Positions 30,403-39,570 of a stretch of DNA of 64,000 nt are shown here, piece after piece; positions within the stretch are counted from its first letter, which is position 1, and every line of letters begins with the position of its first letter. The notes below the pieces were generated by a model. That model searched no databases, was not told the DNA's origin, and saw only the letters and a list, made by a program, of their open reading frames with translations. The position numbers were made by a program, and so were the translations under genes. The DNA comes from an uncultured Campylobacter sp. (GTDB lineage Bacteria; Campylobacterota; Campylobacteria; Campylobacterales; Campylobacteraceae), in the NCBI RefSeq assembly GCF_963517995.1, contig NZ_CAUQHQ010000001.1, forward strand, positions 583 through 64,582, read 5' to 3'.

Positions 30403-31323
30403 TCATTTTTTGTCGTATTTTGCCTTTAGTAGGTCGTGGAGCTTACTCCAAGTATGCGAATAATGCCCCCTGCTTTCAAAACCGCAGCCGCTGATTTTGC
30501 TCTCCAGTATGGGCGTTAGATCGCCGTCTGCTACGTATTTAAAAAAGAATTCTCGCAAATTCGGAAAATTTGCTAAAAATTTTAAATTTTCCGCGTTAAA
30601 GCGCGCATCAAAACGCTCTAGCGACTCTAGCCGCACGCCTTCTATCGCCGCGCTATTAAGCAGCCTGCATCGCTCGATATAAAGCCACTTTAGCTTTTTT
30701 AGAGCATTTATCTCGCTTATGTTAGTAAGCCTAGGCGCGGAAAATATAAACAAAGTATCTAGCTCCTTGCAACCCTCTATGCCCTCTAAACTCATGATTT
30801 TAGAAAAGATAATCTCTAGCCGCTCAAGCTTTGGCGTATCGCGGAAAATGGCTAAATTTTCGTGCGTGAGTTTTGAAATATCAGCACAGCGCAAAGTAGG
30901 CGGCAGGCGGTTAAATTTCATCTTTTTGTTTTGCGTCGCCTTAAGCGCTTCCAAATTTTTAAACCGCGAGAAATCAAGCCCGAATTCGGCATTTTCGAAA
31001 AATCGCAAAGCTCGCATCTCAGTGTCGTAAAGCGCCTCCGCGCCCTTTACTTCGCCGATTTTAAAATCCTTCCAAATCTCTAAAATCTCTATCTCGGGAA
31101 AGATTTCAAACGCGCTAAGATCAAGCGAGGAAACAACGCTAGGGTTGCCTGCTATCCTAACAACGCGCACGTCGTGTTCTTTGGCAAAGGCTATGCCCTC
31201 GGCTAGTCTGCTAGGCGGGTAGATCACTACCGTAGCATCTCTGCCCTGCGACGGCTTTGGGGCGTAAGGATAGCGCACATCGCCTTGCACGCAAGCATCT
31301 ATGATTTTAAATTTTTCGCTCAT
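30403..31323 (-). CDS. Leucine-rich repeat protein
   Basis: LxxLxI repeats (FKNLEALKA, PKLERLEI, KELDTLFI, KKLKWLYI, FPNLREFF), ending DGDLTPIL...HYSHT. Confidence 0.85.
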   Translation of the reverse strand: MSEKFKIIDACVQGDVRYPYAPKPSQGRDATVVIYPPSRLAEGIAFAKEHDVRVVRIAGNPSVVSSLDLSAFEIFPEIEILEIWKDFKIGEVKGAEALYDTEMRALRFFENAEFGLDFSRFKNLEALKATQNKKMKFNRLPPTLRCADISKLTHENLAIFRDTPKLERLEIIFSKIMSLEGIEGCKELDTLFIFSAPRLTNISEINALKKLKWLYIERCRLLNSAAIEGVRLESLERFDARFNAENLKFLANFPNLREFFFKYVADGDLTPILESKISGCGFESRGHYSHTWSKLHDLLKAKYDKK

Positions 31324-31445
31324 AAAATTCCTTAAAATGTTTCTGCATTTGCCGTCCGCGTTTAAATTTACGCCGGCTTAACGATTTTAGCGCATTTTCG
31401 CTTGCGGTAAAGCCAAACTAGCCTGCTAAATTCTAAATTTAGCCT

Positions 31446-32006
31446 TTAGCTCAAAAACCCGTGATCTAAAAGGTGCGTGATTAAAATTTTAAATCCAAGC
31501 GCGATGAGGATCGCGCCGCCTAAAATCAGCGCCTTTTGCTCCAAAAACTCTCCGGCGAATTTACCGACGTAAAACGCCGCGACGCTAAGCGCGAAGCAAA
31601 CTATGCCGATCACGGCGGCGCTAAACCAGATATCCGCAGCCGTAAAGCTCAGCGTCACGCCCACAGCTAGCGCGTCGATGCTGGTGGCAAGTCCGCCTGA
31701 GAGCAGCATCTTCGTATCAAGGCTTACGGCCTGCGCGGGCTCGTTTCTACAGGCTTCGCGGATCATTTTTACGCCCAAAAAGCCCAAAATCGCAAACGCG
31801 ATGAAATGATCGATCTGCGCGATAAATCTCGCAAAAGCAGCACCCAAAAAATAGCCCGCAAGCGGCATCGCAGCCTGAAAAAATCCAAAAACAAACGCGA
31901 TAAATAAAATCTTTGATAGCGCGAGATTGCGGTATTTTGCGCCGTTTGCGATGCTAAGCGCCGCCGCGTCCATGGCAAGCGCGATAGAGAGAAGTAAAAG
32001 CTCCAT
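31446..32006 (-). CDS. mntP: Manganese efflux pump MntP
   Basis: [25 protein letters not shown] motifs. Confidence 0.92.
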   Translation of the reverse strand: MELLLLSIALAMDAAALSIANGAKYRNLALSKILFIAFVFGFFQAAMPLAGYFLGAAFARFIAQIDHFIAFAILGFLGVKMIREACRNEPAQAVSLDTKMLLSGGLATSIDALAVGVTLSFTAADIWFSAAVIGIVCFALSVAAFYVGKFAGEFLEQKALILGGAILIALGFKILITHLLDHGFLS

Positions 32007-32306
32007 TTCGTCCTTTCAAAAAGGCTAATTTTAGCTTAAAATTTACTTCTTGCGGATAATCTTGCTCAAATTTGCGGCTAAATTTGACGTCTGAAATTTG
32101 GAGCCAAACGGACGAGCGCACCATATAAATTTTCGCTTAAATTTAGCCCTTAAATCACAGCTCAAATTTGTGCTTTAAATTTTGCAAATTTGAACCGCCG
32201 TGCCGTAAAAATGCGGGTAAATGCGCCTGTTCGAGGCTCAAATTTACCCGTTTAAAAGCTGAAATTTAATATCATAACCGCCGAATTTTACTTTAAGGAA
32301 AAAGCG

Positions 32307-33056
32307 ATGAAGAAAAGTTTGATTTTATGCGCGGTTTTACTCGCCGCTTCGGCGCAGGCAGCCGGCTGGCAAGAGACTCTAAATCAAGGCGCGCAGATAC
32401 TTGGCGCAGCAAACTCGGGCGACTACAAAAGCGCGGTTAGCTCGGCTCTAAACGCGGCCGTTAAGGAGCTGTCAAACGGGGGATTTCTAAACAACGCCGC
32501 GGCTAAAATCCCGCTGCCAAAGAGCCTGGAAACGGCTGCAAATTTGGCTAAAAAAGTAGGCGGCGAAAAGTGGGCGAACGAGCTAGTAACCTCGATAAAT
32601 AACGCCGCGAGCGCAGCCGTGCCTGGAGCTGCGGATGTATTTTCGGGCGTGATAAAAAATATGAGCGAAGCGGACGTGAAAAAGGTGCTACAAGGCGGTA
32701 AGGATAGTTTTACGAAGTTTTTGCAACAAAACTCGAGCCAGAAGCTGCAAGCCGTGTTTAAGCCGATCATCAGCAAGATGATGAGCGATAATACCTTCGC
32801 AACCGCCTATAACGGGCTAAATTCGTTCGTCACGGGTAGCGCGCTGGCAAAATCCGACACCGCAAAACAGCTAAAAGGCATCGCTACTAGCATGGGTGCG
32901 GGCGAATATATCCCGCAAGAAAACGAGGATCTAAACGACTACATCACGCGCAAGACGCTAGACGGGCTCTTTAACGTGATGAGCGAAAAGGAAAGCTCGC
33001 TAAGAGGCGGCGCGGTTGAGCAGGGCACGAAGATCCTGCAGGGAATTTTTAAGTAA
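32307..33056 (+). CDS. DUF4197 domain exported protein
   Basis: Signal peptide; GFLNNAAAKIPLP, INNAASAAVP, YITRKTLDGLF. Confidence 0.88.
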   Translation: MKKSLILCAVLLAASAQAAGWQETLNQGAQILGAANSGDYKSAVSSALNAAVKELSNGGFLNNAAAKIPLPKSLETAANLAKKVGGEKWANELVTSINNAASAAVPGAADVFSGVIKNMSEADVKKVLQGGKDSFTKFLQQNSSQKLQAVFKPIISKMMSDNTFATAYNGLNSFVTGSALAKSDTAKQLKGIATSMGAGEYIPQENEDLNDYITRKTLDGLFNVMSEKESSLRGGAVEQGTKILQGIFK

Positions 33057-33071
33057 AAATAAGGGAGAATA

Positions 33072-33959
33072 GTGAAAAATAGTTTGGAATTTCGCGCCGA
33101 CGTAGGCATGATATTTGTTGCGATAGTCTTTGGTCTGGGCTATCTGCCTACCTCGCTAGCGCTTGCGACCAACGGGGTTTTTGGCGTTTTGTTTTGGAGA
33201 TTTTTGCTAGCAGCGATCATAGCCGGAGCGATTTTTTACAAAAAGCTAAAAAACGTAAGCGCGCCTGATATAAAACCCGGCGTGATTTTGGGTCTGTTTT
33301 TGTTTGCGGGGTTTGTGAGTCAGACTTTCGCGTTTAAGTACGCCGACACCTCGTCCGTAGCCTTTATCATCGGGCTAAACGTGGCTTTGGTGCCTTTTAT
33401 CGCGGCGGGGCTTTTTAGGCATAAAATTTACTCTTACGCGTATGTGGGCGTGGCGTTTGCGGTGGCGGGACTTTATATGATAGGCGATACGAAGGTGGGC
33501 TTTGGCCTGGGCGAAATTTTGGCTCTGGTTTGCGCCTGCGCCTACTCTTTTCACATCGTGCTCACCAACCGCCTAGTGCAAAAATGCAACCTCGTAAATA
33601 TGGTTTATTTTGAAATTTTAACCCTAGTCGCGCTTTGTTTTGCGGCTATTTTGGTTTTTGAGGACGCTAAAATTGCGCCCGTCGTGGACAAGGCGTTTAT
33701 CATAGCGATGCTAGTCGTGGGCGTGCTGGGCACGGCATTTGCGTTTTTCGCGCAGGCCTTGATGCAAAAATTTACGACACCCGTTAAAACGGCGATATTT
33801 TTCACTCTAGAGCCCGTAACCGCCGGGGCGATGGGGTATTTCATCGGCGACGAGGACATCAGCGCGTATAGGCTTTGCGGCGCGGCGCTTATCTTGGTCG
33901 GAGTTTTGATTAGCGAGATAGGCAGCTACCTGCGCGCTAAAAAGGAAAATTTAGCCTAA
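33072..33959 (+). CDS. DMT/EamA family transporter
   Basis: Ten TMs, FWRF, AFIIGLNV, LEPV. Confidence 0.9.
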   Translation: MKNSLEFRADVGMIFVAIVFGLGYLPTSLALATNGVFGVLFWRFLLAAIIAGAIFYKKLKNVSAPDIKPGVILGLFLFAGFVSQTFAFKYADTSSVAFIIGLNVALVPFIAAGLFRHKIYSYAYVGVAFAVAGLYMIGDTKVGFGLGEILALVCACAYSFHIVLTNRLVQKCNLVNMVYFEILTLVALCFAAILVFEDAKIAPVVDKAFIIAMLVVGVLGTAFAFFAQALMQKFTTPVKTAIFFTLEPVTAGAMGYFIGDEDISAYRLCGAALILVGVLISEIGSYLRAKKENLA

Positions 33960-34185
33960 ATTCGGGCGGGTTTTGCTTGCCGTTTCGCTCACGGCAAAAC
34001 CTCGCCGTAAAATTAAATTTATAAAACCACCTCTAAATTTACTCTCTCGGCGATTTTATTCCATTTAAATTTATCGTCGTTTGCCAGCTAGCAAGGTGGC
34101 GGCGACTCTCAAATTTGACGCGATAAAGCCCGAATTTAGTCAAATTGCGTTAAATTTGCCCCTTAAATTTAGCTAAAGAAATTAG

Positions 34186-35079
34186 ATGAAAAAATCAACC
34201 GAATTTAAGGCCGACCTCGCGCTGTTCGTGATCGCGGTGGTCTGGGGCGTGACGTTTTTGCCGATGGCGCAGACGCTAAAGACAAACGGCGTTTTTACGC
34301 TTTTGTTTTGGCGATTTTTGATCGCGGCCGCGCTAATGTCGCTAATAAGCCTCAAATTTACGCGTAAGATCGACCGCAATTCGTTAAGATTCGGCGCATT
34401 TTTAGGCGCGCTTTTGTTTGCGGCTTTTACGCTTCAGACCTTTGCCCTCAAATACGCCCCAAGCTCTACCGTCGCCTTTATCACGGGGCTAAACGCCGTT
34501 TTTACGCCCTTTATCGCGCTTGCGTTTTTTGGGCAAAAGGTCGTCGTTTACGCTTTTATCGGTGCGTTTTTATCGGCGGCGGGGCTCTATTTGCTAACGG
34601 GCAGCGAGCTTGGTTTTGGCGCGGGCGAGGCGCTTAGCGTCGTTTGCGCGCTTGGCTTTGCGCTACATATCATTTTTACGGGCGTTTTGGTGCGCAGGTG
34701 CGAGCTTTACTGGATGGTGAGCGCGCAGTTTGCAGTTGTCGCGGCGCTTTGTTTCGTTGCGGCGCAGATTTTCGAGCCACGCGGCGTCGTCCCCGTTTTA
34801 GACGAGGCGTTTTTCGTCGCGGTTGCGGTGACGTCGGTGTTCGCGACGGTTTTGGCGTTTTTTGTGCAGACGGCAGCGCAGCGCTATACCACGCCAGTTA
34901 AAACCTCGCTCATCTTTACCTTTGAGCCCGTGAGTGCGGGGATCGTGGGGTATTTTTTCGGCGGCGAGATACTAAGCGGCGTGCAGATAGCAGGAGCCGG
35001 ACTCATACTCTTTGGCATCGTCGTTAGCGAGGTCGGCAGCTACTATAAAAATAAAAAATCGCGAGTAGCCGGCTCGTAA
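34186..35079 (+). CDS. DMT/EamA family transporter (tandem paralog)
   Basis: Same motifs as 33072-33959 (TNGVF, QTFA.KYA, TTPVKT, EPV, SE.GSY). Confidence 0.9.
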   Translation: MKKSTEFKADLALFVIAVVWGVTFLPMAQTLKTNGVFTLLFWRFLIAAALMSLISLKFTRKIDRNSLRFGAFLGALLFAAFTLQTFALKYAPSSTVAFITGLNAVFTPFIALAFFGQKVVVYAFIGAFLSAAGLYLLTGSELGFGAGEALSVVCALGFALHIIFTGVLVRRCELYWMVSAQFAVVAALCFVAAQIFEPRGVVPVLDEAFFVAVAVTSVFATVLAFFVQTAAQRYTTPVKTSLIFTFEPVSAGIVGYFFGGEILSGVQIAGAGLILFGIVVSEVGSYYKNKKSRVAGS

Positions 35080-35118
35080 GGGCGGCTAAATTTGACGAAT
35101 CTAATCAAAGGAGCGAAA

Positions 35119-35757
35119 ATGACGAAAGATCAGTGCTGCGTCCTAAAGTATTTGACGGCGGGCGAGACGGGCGGTTTTGGGAAAACGGGCGAGATGAATG
35201 ACGGCGAATTTTTGAACGCGCTTATCGGTAAAGGGCTTGTTTGGATGCTTGACTGGGCCGGCGAAGACGAGACGGGAGAGCTGGGCAAGTTTATCAGCTC
35301 TAGGCTTGATGCGTTGCAAAGCGGCGTGGCTCTAGAGTGCGATAAAATTTACGCAAGGCTCGAAAAAGAAGCGGAAAAAGAGGGTTTCGAGTGCGGCGAT
35401 GCGAGCCTATTTTTGATGAACGAGTTTCAAAAGGCGCTGAAGAAGAGCGATTTTAGGCTCTTTACTTTGGATCTTCATAGTGATGCCTACTATCTGCTCG
35501 TCGCGCACAAGGACGCCGAGAAAGATTTTAAAAAGCTAGGCAAGCGCGAGGAGCTATTTTGGGATATCGCGCCGTGGGGCAAGCGCCGCAAAAGGCAGAT
35601 CCTTTACGTTATAAACTGCGAGTGCGGCGAGATGTCCGCGTGGCAGCTGGATGCGGACGAGCCGTCGCCAAGAAACGAGGTTTGCGAGGTCTGCGGGCGG
35701 GTGCTTTTTGACGCAGACGGCAATGCGATGCAGCCTTTGGAGAAGGAATTTATCTGA
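35119..35757 (+). CDS. Hypothetical protein with C-terminal Zn-ribbon-like motif
   Basis: ATG 35119 after AAGGAG; CECG...CEVCG near the C-terminus. Confidence 0.7.
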   Translation: MTKDQCCVLKYLTAGETGGFGKTGEMNDGEFLNALIGKGLVWMLDWAGEDETGELGKFISSRLDALQSGVALECDKIYARLEKEAEKEGFECGDASLFLMNEFQKALKKSDFRLFTLDLHSDAYYLLVAHKDAEKDFKKLGKREELFWDIAPWGKRRKRQILYVINCECGEMSAWQLDADEPSPRNEVCEVCGRVLFDADGNAMQPLEKEFI

Positions 35758-35852
35758 TTCGGCTTTTCGGGGTCAATTTGCCTGTGTCAAATGTGAACGA
35801 CTATAAATTATCCTCGCAAATTTGACCTAAAATTTAACCCAAAACGCCGAAT

Positions 35853-36650
35853 CTACCGCCTCTTTACCGCCGTAAATACAAAAAAACAAACCGAAGCGAT
35901 GAGGATGATGCTCGCGCCGCTGGTTAAATTCGCCTCAAAGCTCAGCCACAGCCCGCTAACGCAAAACGCGGCCGAGATGAACGCGGCGTTTAGCATCATC
36001 GTGCCCAGGCGGCTTGATATCGCGCCCGCGATGTAGGGCGGGATCGTGAGTAGCGCGATAACCAGTATGAGCCCGACCGCGCGTATCGTCATCACGACGC
36101 TTAGCGCCATCATGCACGTTAGCGCGTAGTATAGCAGCGTTGTGCGCACGCCGCGAAGCCGCGCAAACTCCGCGTCAAAGCTAAGCGCCTCAAACTGGCG
36201 GTAAAATAGCGCGACGGACGCGAGTATGACGCAGTTTGCGACCGCCATAAAAACAAGATCGCCCTGCGGCACGGCCAAAATCGAGCCGAAAAGATAGCTC
36301 ATTAAATCGACGTTGTAGCCAGGCGCTAGGTCGGTGAGGATGATGCCAAACGCCATGCCAAACGCCCACAGCGCGCCGATAACCGAGTCCATCTTGCTTT
36401 TATCTTTGAGCGTGATCGTGGCGATGAGCAGCGCCAAAAACAGCGAAAACAGACTCGCGCCCAGCAGCGGCTCGAGCGAAAAATAAAACGCGATGCCAAG
36501 CCCGCCGTATGCGCCGTGAGCGATGCCACCTGCGATGAAAACCATACGGTTTATGACCGTGAGCGTGCCGATCACTCCGCAAGCGATGCTAACGAGGATA
36601 CCCGCCAGCAGGGCGTTTTGCATAAAATTTAAGCTAAGAGCTTCTAGCAT
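35853..36650 (-). CDS. znuB: Zinc ABC transporter permease
   Basis: GIAHGAYGG, YLFGSILAV, VGLILVIALLTIP. Confidence 0.93.
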   Translation of the reverse strand: MLEALSLNFMQNALLAGILVSIACGVIGTLTVINRMVFIAGGIAHGAYGGLGIAFYFSLEPLLGASLFSLFLALLIATITLKDKSKMDSVIGALWAFGMAFGIILTDLAPGYNVDLMSYLFGSILAVPQGDLVFMAVANCVILASVALFYRQFEALSFDAEFARLRGVRTTLLYYALTCMMALSVVMTIRAVGLILVIALLTIPPYIAGAISSRLGTMMLNAAFISAAFCVSGLWLSFEANLTSGASIILIASVCFFVFTAVKRR

Positions 36651-36902
36651 TTTATTCCTTTTTTGTTTCGTTTTGGCGCATACGTCGTTTCGCCGAAATT
36701 TTATAAAATTTACTCGCCGAGACCTGCACCTTTAAGGTGCCAAATTTGAATTAGTCAAATTTAGTTAGATTCTTTTCGTAAAAAACAACCGTTTGAGGTT
36801 ATTTTTTACTTTGTTGTAAAGGGGGTGGGGACTTAAATTGCGCTCTGCATTGCAGTTGCGAAGCGTAGCTGAAGCAAAAGAGCTCCCTTTTTCTTTTTTT
36901 TT

Positions 36903-36987
36903 TTGGGAGAGGAAGGGGCTTTACTTCGCCTGCGGCTCGTAACTGCGAGCAGACCTACTTACGAAGCGTTGCCCCTTTCTCTCCCAA
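36903..36987 (+). repeat. Palindromic intergenic element (17-bp arms)
   Basis: TTGGGAGAGGAAGGGGC (36903-36919) / GCCCCTTTCTCTCCCAA (36971-36987), one G-T; inner CTTCG/CGAAG and GCTCG/CGAGC stems. Confidence 0.75.
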
Positions 36988-37126
36988 GCCCTCTCTAACC
37001 CCACTGCACGTGAGAGGTTGCTGCACTATGCGCAGTTTTATCCGGCGCTGTCGCGCCAAATGTTTTTTAGTTTAACATTTTTGAGGCGCGGGTTTTGGCG
37101 GCTCAAATTTGAACGCAAAGAGCCAA

Positions 37127-37243
37127 GGCGCAGTATTTTTTCTTTAGACGAGGCGGAAATGAGCCGAGCGAGGGCGCATACAAGTAGTATGTAACCGAGC
37201 TTCGGCGAAATTTCTAACGAAGTATAAAGGAAAAAGACAAGCC
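37127..37243 (+). repeat. Rod-shaped structured element, copy C
   Basis: GGCGCAGTA...GACAAGCC ends shared with 57873-57992; nested stems; tip CATAC-AAGTA-GTATG. Confidence 0.75.
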
Positions 37244-37252
37244 GCAAATAGC

Positions 37253-38008
37253 CTAACGATGTCCGCAGCCGCACTCTTTCAACGCCACCTCCACATCGCA
37301 AAAATGCCTATGATCTCTGGCCAAATGCTCGATAAAATCCTGCTTCGAGCCGTGCGAGATCTCGTGCATGAAAAGATCGTGATTGACGTAGGCGACCTTG
37401 GTGGCGAAATTTAGCGTCAAATTTACGTCGTGGCTGATGAGCACGACGCCCGTGCCTTCAGCATTGATCTGCTTTAGCAGCTTATAAACGTCTGCCTGGC
37501 CTTTTGTGTCGATACTGGCGGTGGGTTCGTCTAGCATCAAAATTTTAGCCTTTGCACAAAGAGCGCGCGCGATATAGACGCGCTGGCGTTGTCCGCCGCT
37601 TAGCTCGCCGATCTTGCGCCGCGTAAATTCGCCCATCCCGACGCGCTCCAGCGCCGCCTCGGCCTCTATCTTGTCGTCTTTGCCGTAAAATCCAAACAGC
37701 TTTTTATCTATCCGCCCCATCAAAACGACCTCGAGCACGCGCATCGGGAAGCTTTGATTTATTGGGATATTTTGCGGGACGTAGCCCACGGCCTTGCTCA
37801 CGCTAGCAGGCTCCTGACCGAACACCTCTATCGTCCCGCCGCTTGGCTTGTTTAGGCCTAACATCAGCTTTAAAAGCGTGCTTTTGCCGCCGCCGTTTGG
37901 ACCTATAACGGCTAGAAAATCCTTACAGTCGTATTCTAAATTTATGCCCTCAAACACGAGGTTTTCATCGTAACCGAAGCTCAAATTTCGCACCGAAACG
38001 TCGCTCAT
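37253..38008 (-). CDS. znuC: Zinc ABC transporter ATP-binding protein
   Basis: GPNGGGKST, LSGGQRQR, LDEPT, His-rich tail. Confidence 0.93.
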   Translation of the reverse strand: MSDVSVRNLSFGYDENLVFEGINLEYDCKDFLAVIGPNGGGKSTLLKLMLGLNKPSGGTIEVFGQEPASVSKAVGYVPQNIPINQSFPMRVLEVVLMGRIDKKLFGFYGKDDKIEAEAALERVGMGEFTRRKIGELSGGQRQRVYIARALCAKAKILMLDEPTASIDTKGQADVYKLLKQINAEGTGVVLISHDVNLTLNFATKVAYVNHDLFMHEISHGSKQDFIEHLARDHRHFCDVEVALKECGCGHR

Positions 38009-39570
38009 AAAACGCTCACCTTACCCGAAATATAAAACATAAAAACGCCAAGCCCCAGCATCGCAAAAAGCGCGGCAAACTCGCAGCAAGTCCGCAGCGC
38101 GCGAAATCTCGCCACGCCCTTTAGCTTAAAGCCGCAAACGGCCGCCAGAAATATCACTGCGCCCATGCCAAGCCCCATAAATAGGCCGCTAGCAAGCCCC
38201 GCCGCGTAGCTGTTTAGGCTAAAGGCTAGCACGAAAACCAGCAGCGTGCCAGGACACGGCACGAGCGATCCTGCTAGCACCACGAGCCACTCGCTAGCGG
38301 TTTTGGGAGCTTCATTAGAAGCCATGCAAGCCGCGCAGCCGCATTCGCTCTCGTGAGCGGTGGGGCTAAATTTGACGGAATTTGCGCTCAAATTTGAAGC
38401 AAAAGCTAAATTTGAGCCAAAAACTTTACTAGCCCCTTTTGCGCCCTTTTCACCCGAAACAGGCGCGGCGGCAAAGCTAAATTTAGGCTTTAGAGCCGTC
38501 TTTTTAAGCTTGGCGTAGATCATATAAAGGCTCACGCAAACGATCGTTACGGCCGAGATTTTCGTCATCGCGCCCGCCATGTCGCTAACCTTGTTCGTCA
38601 AAAACGCGTTTAAAAAAACGTAGCTAAAAAGCACGAGCAAAAACGCTCCCGCCACGTGCGCGAACCCGACCTTCATCGCAAAAGCCATCGCGCGCGAGTA
38701 GCTGCCGCCGTTTGCGACGAAATAGCTAGCCGTGAGCATCTTAGCATGCCCGGGACCTGCTGCGTGCAAAAAGCCGTAAAAGAAGCTAACTGCGGCTAAC
38801 AAGGCGAAATTTAGCGCGTTTAACTCGGCGCTATTTATCTTGATGAGCTCTTTTAGGCGCTCCAAAAACTGAAGGCTCATTCCTGAAACCGAGTCAAATT
38901 TGGCTTTATCCTCAGCGTCGATTTGCTCTAAATTCTGCTTATTTTGCACTTTAACTAGCGAGCTAAGTTCGGGCTTTGCGGGTTCTATTTTAGGCGCTTT
39001 TGAAGTCATTTCAAAAAATGCCGCGCTCAAATTTACGTTTGGTACGAGATAAATTTTATCGGTCAGAGCGTAGGGGTCTGGCGAGCTTATTTTAAAGTTA
39101 AAAAATCCCTCGCGGTCAAAAATCTCGACCGTGACGACGCGGCCGTCTTTGACCGCTAAATTTAGCTCTAAAATATACTCGAAATTTAGCCTGCCGCCCT
39201 CCAGATAGACCCGCTGCGAGAGCGTTTTAGTATGCAAATTTACGGTCTCGCCCGCGCCGTCGTAGTAGCCCACGCTAGTTAGATAGCCGCGCGGCACGAT
39301 GTAGTCGAGTAGGGATTTTTGCACCTTCCACGCTTCGTTTTTGCTAAGCGCTTTGTCGGCGTTTTCGTCGTAGCTTTGCAGCGTAAGAGCGGTGAAATTT
39401 TCAGAAAACGTCCAGGTTACGGCGGCTGTTTTGATCATCTCGCCTTGCAGGTTAAATTTAATCTCGGCATGCGCGGTCGGAGTGTAAAGCGCGCAGAGCG
39501 CACAGGCGTGCGCAAAGCTAAAAAAGGACGCAAAAAGCGCTAAAATGGCGAGTATGCGTCCAAATTTCAT
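38005..39570 (-). CDS. Fused DUF1007-like periplasmic domain plus RcnA/NicO-type permease
   Basis: Signal peptide, W.FSENF...YDENADKALS; C-terminal YGFLHAAGPGHAK and VPCPG. Confidence 0.8.
   Translation of the reverse strand: MKFGRILAILALFASFFSFAHACALCALYTPTAHAEIKFNLQGEMIKTAAVTWTFSENFTALTLQSYDENADKALSKNEAWKVQKSLLDYIVPRGYLTSVGYYDGAGETVNLHTKTLSQRVYLEGGRLNFEYILELNLAVKDGRVVTVEIFDREGFFNFKISSPDPYALTDKIYLVPNVNLSAAFFEMTSKAPKIEPAKPELSSLVKVQNKQNLEQIDAEDKAKFDSVSGMSLQFLERLKELIKINSAELNALNFALLAAVSFFYGFLHAAGPGHAKMLTASYFVANGGSYSRAMAFAMKVGFAHVAGAFLLVLFSYVFLNAFLTNKVSDMAGAMTKISAVTIVCVSLYMIYAKLKKTALKPKFSFAAAPVSGEKGAKGASKVFGSNLAFASNLSANSVKFSPTAHESECGCAACMASNEAPKTASEWLVVLAGSLVPCPGTLLVFVLAFSLNSYAAGLASGLFMGLGMGAVIFLAAVCGFKLKGVARFRALRTCCEFAALFAMLGLGVFMFYISGKVSVL

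Noticed and set aside
32007..32306. yybP-ykoY Mn riboswitch expected upstream of mntP
   Set aside because: No recognisable conserved riboswitch core; the leader seems short and the region is AAATTT filler.
36894..36904. T11 run as a phase-variation tract
   Set aside because: Intergenic and at the edge of a palindromic element, not in a CDS or an identifiable promoter.
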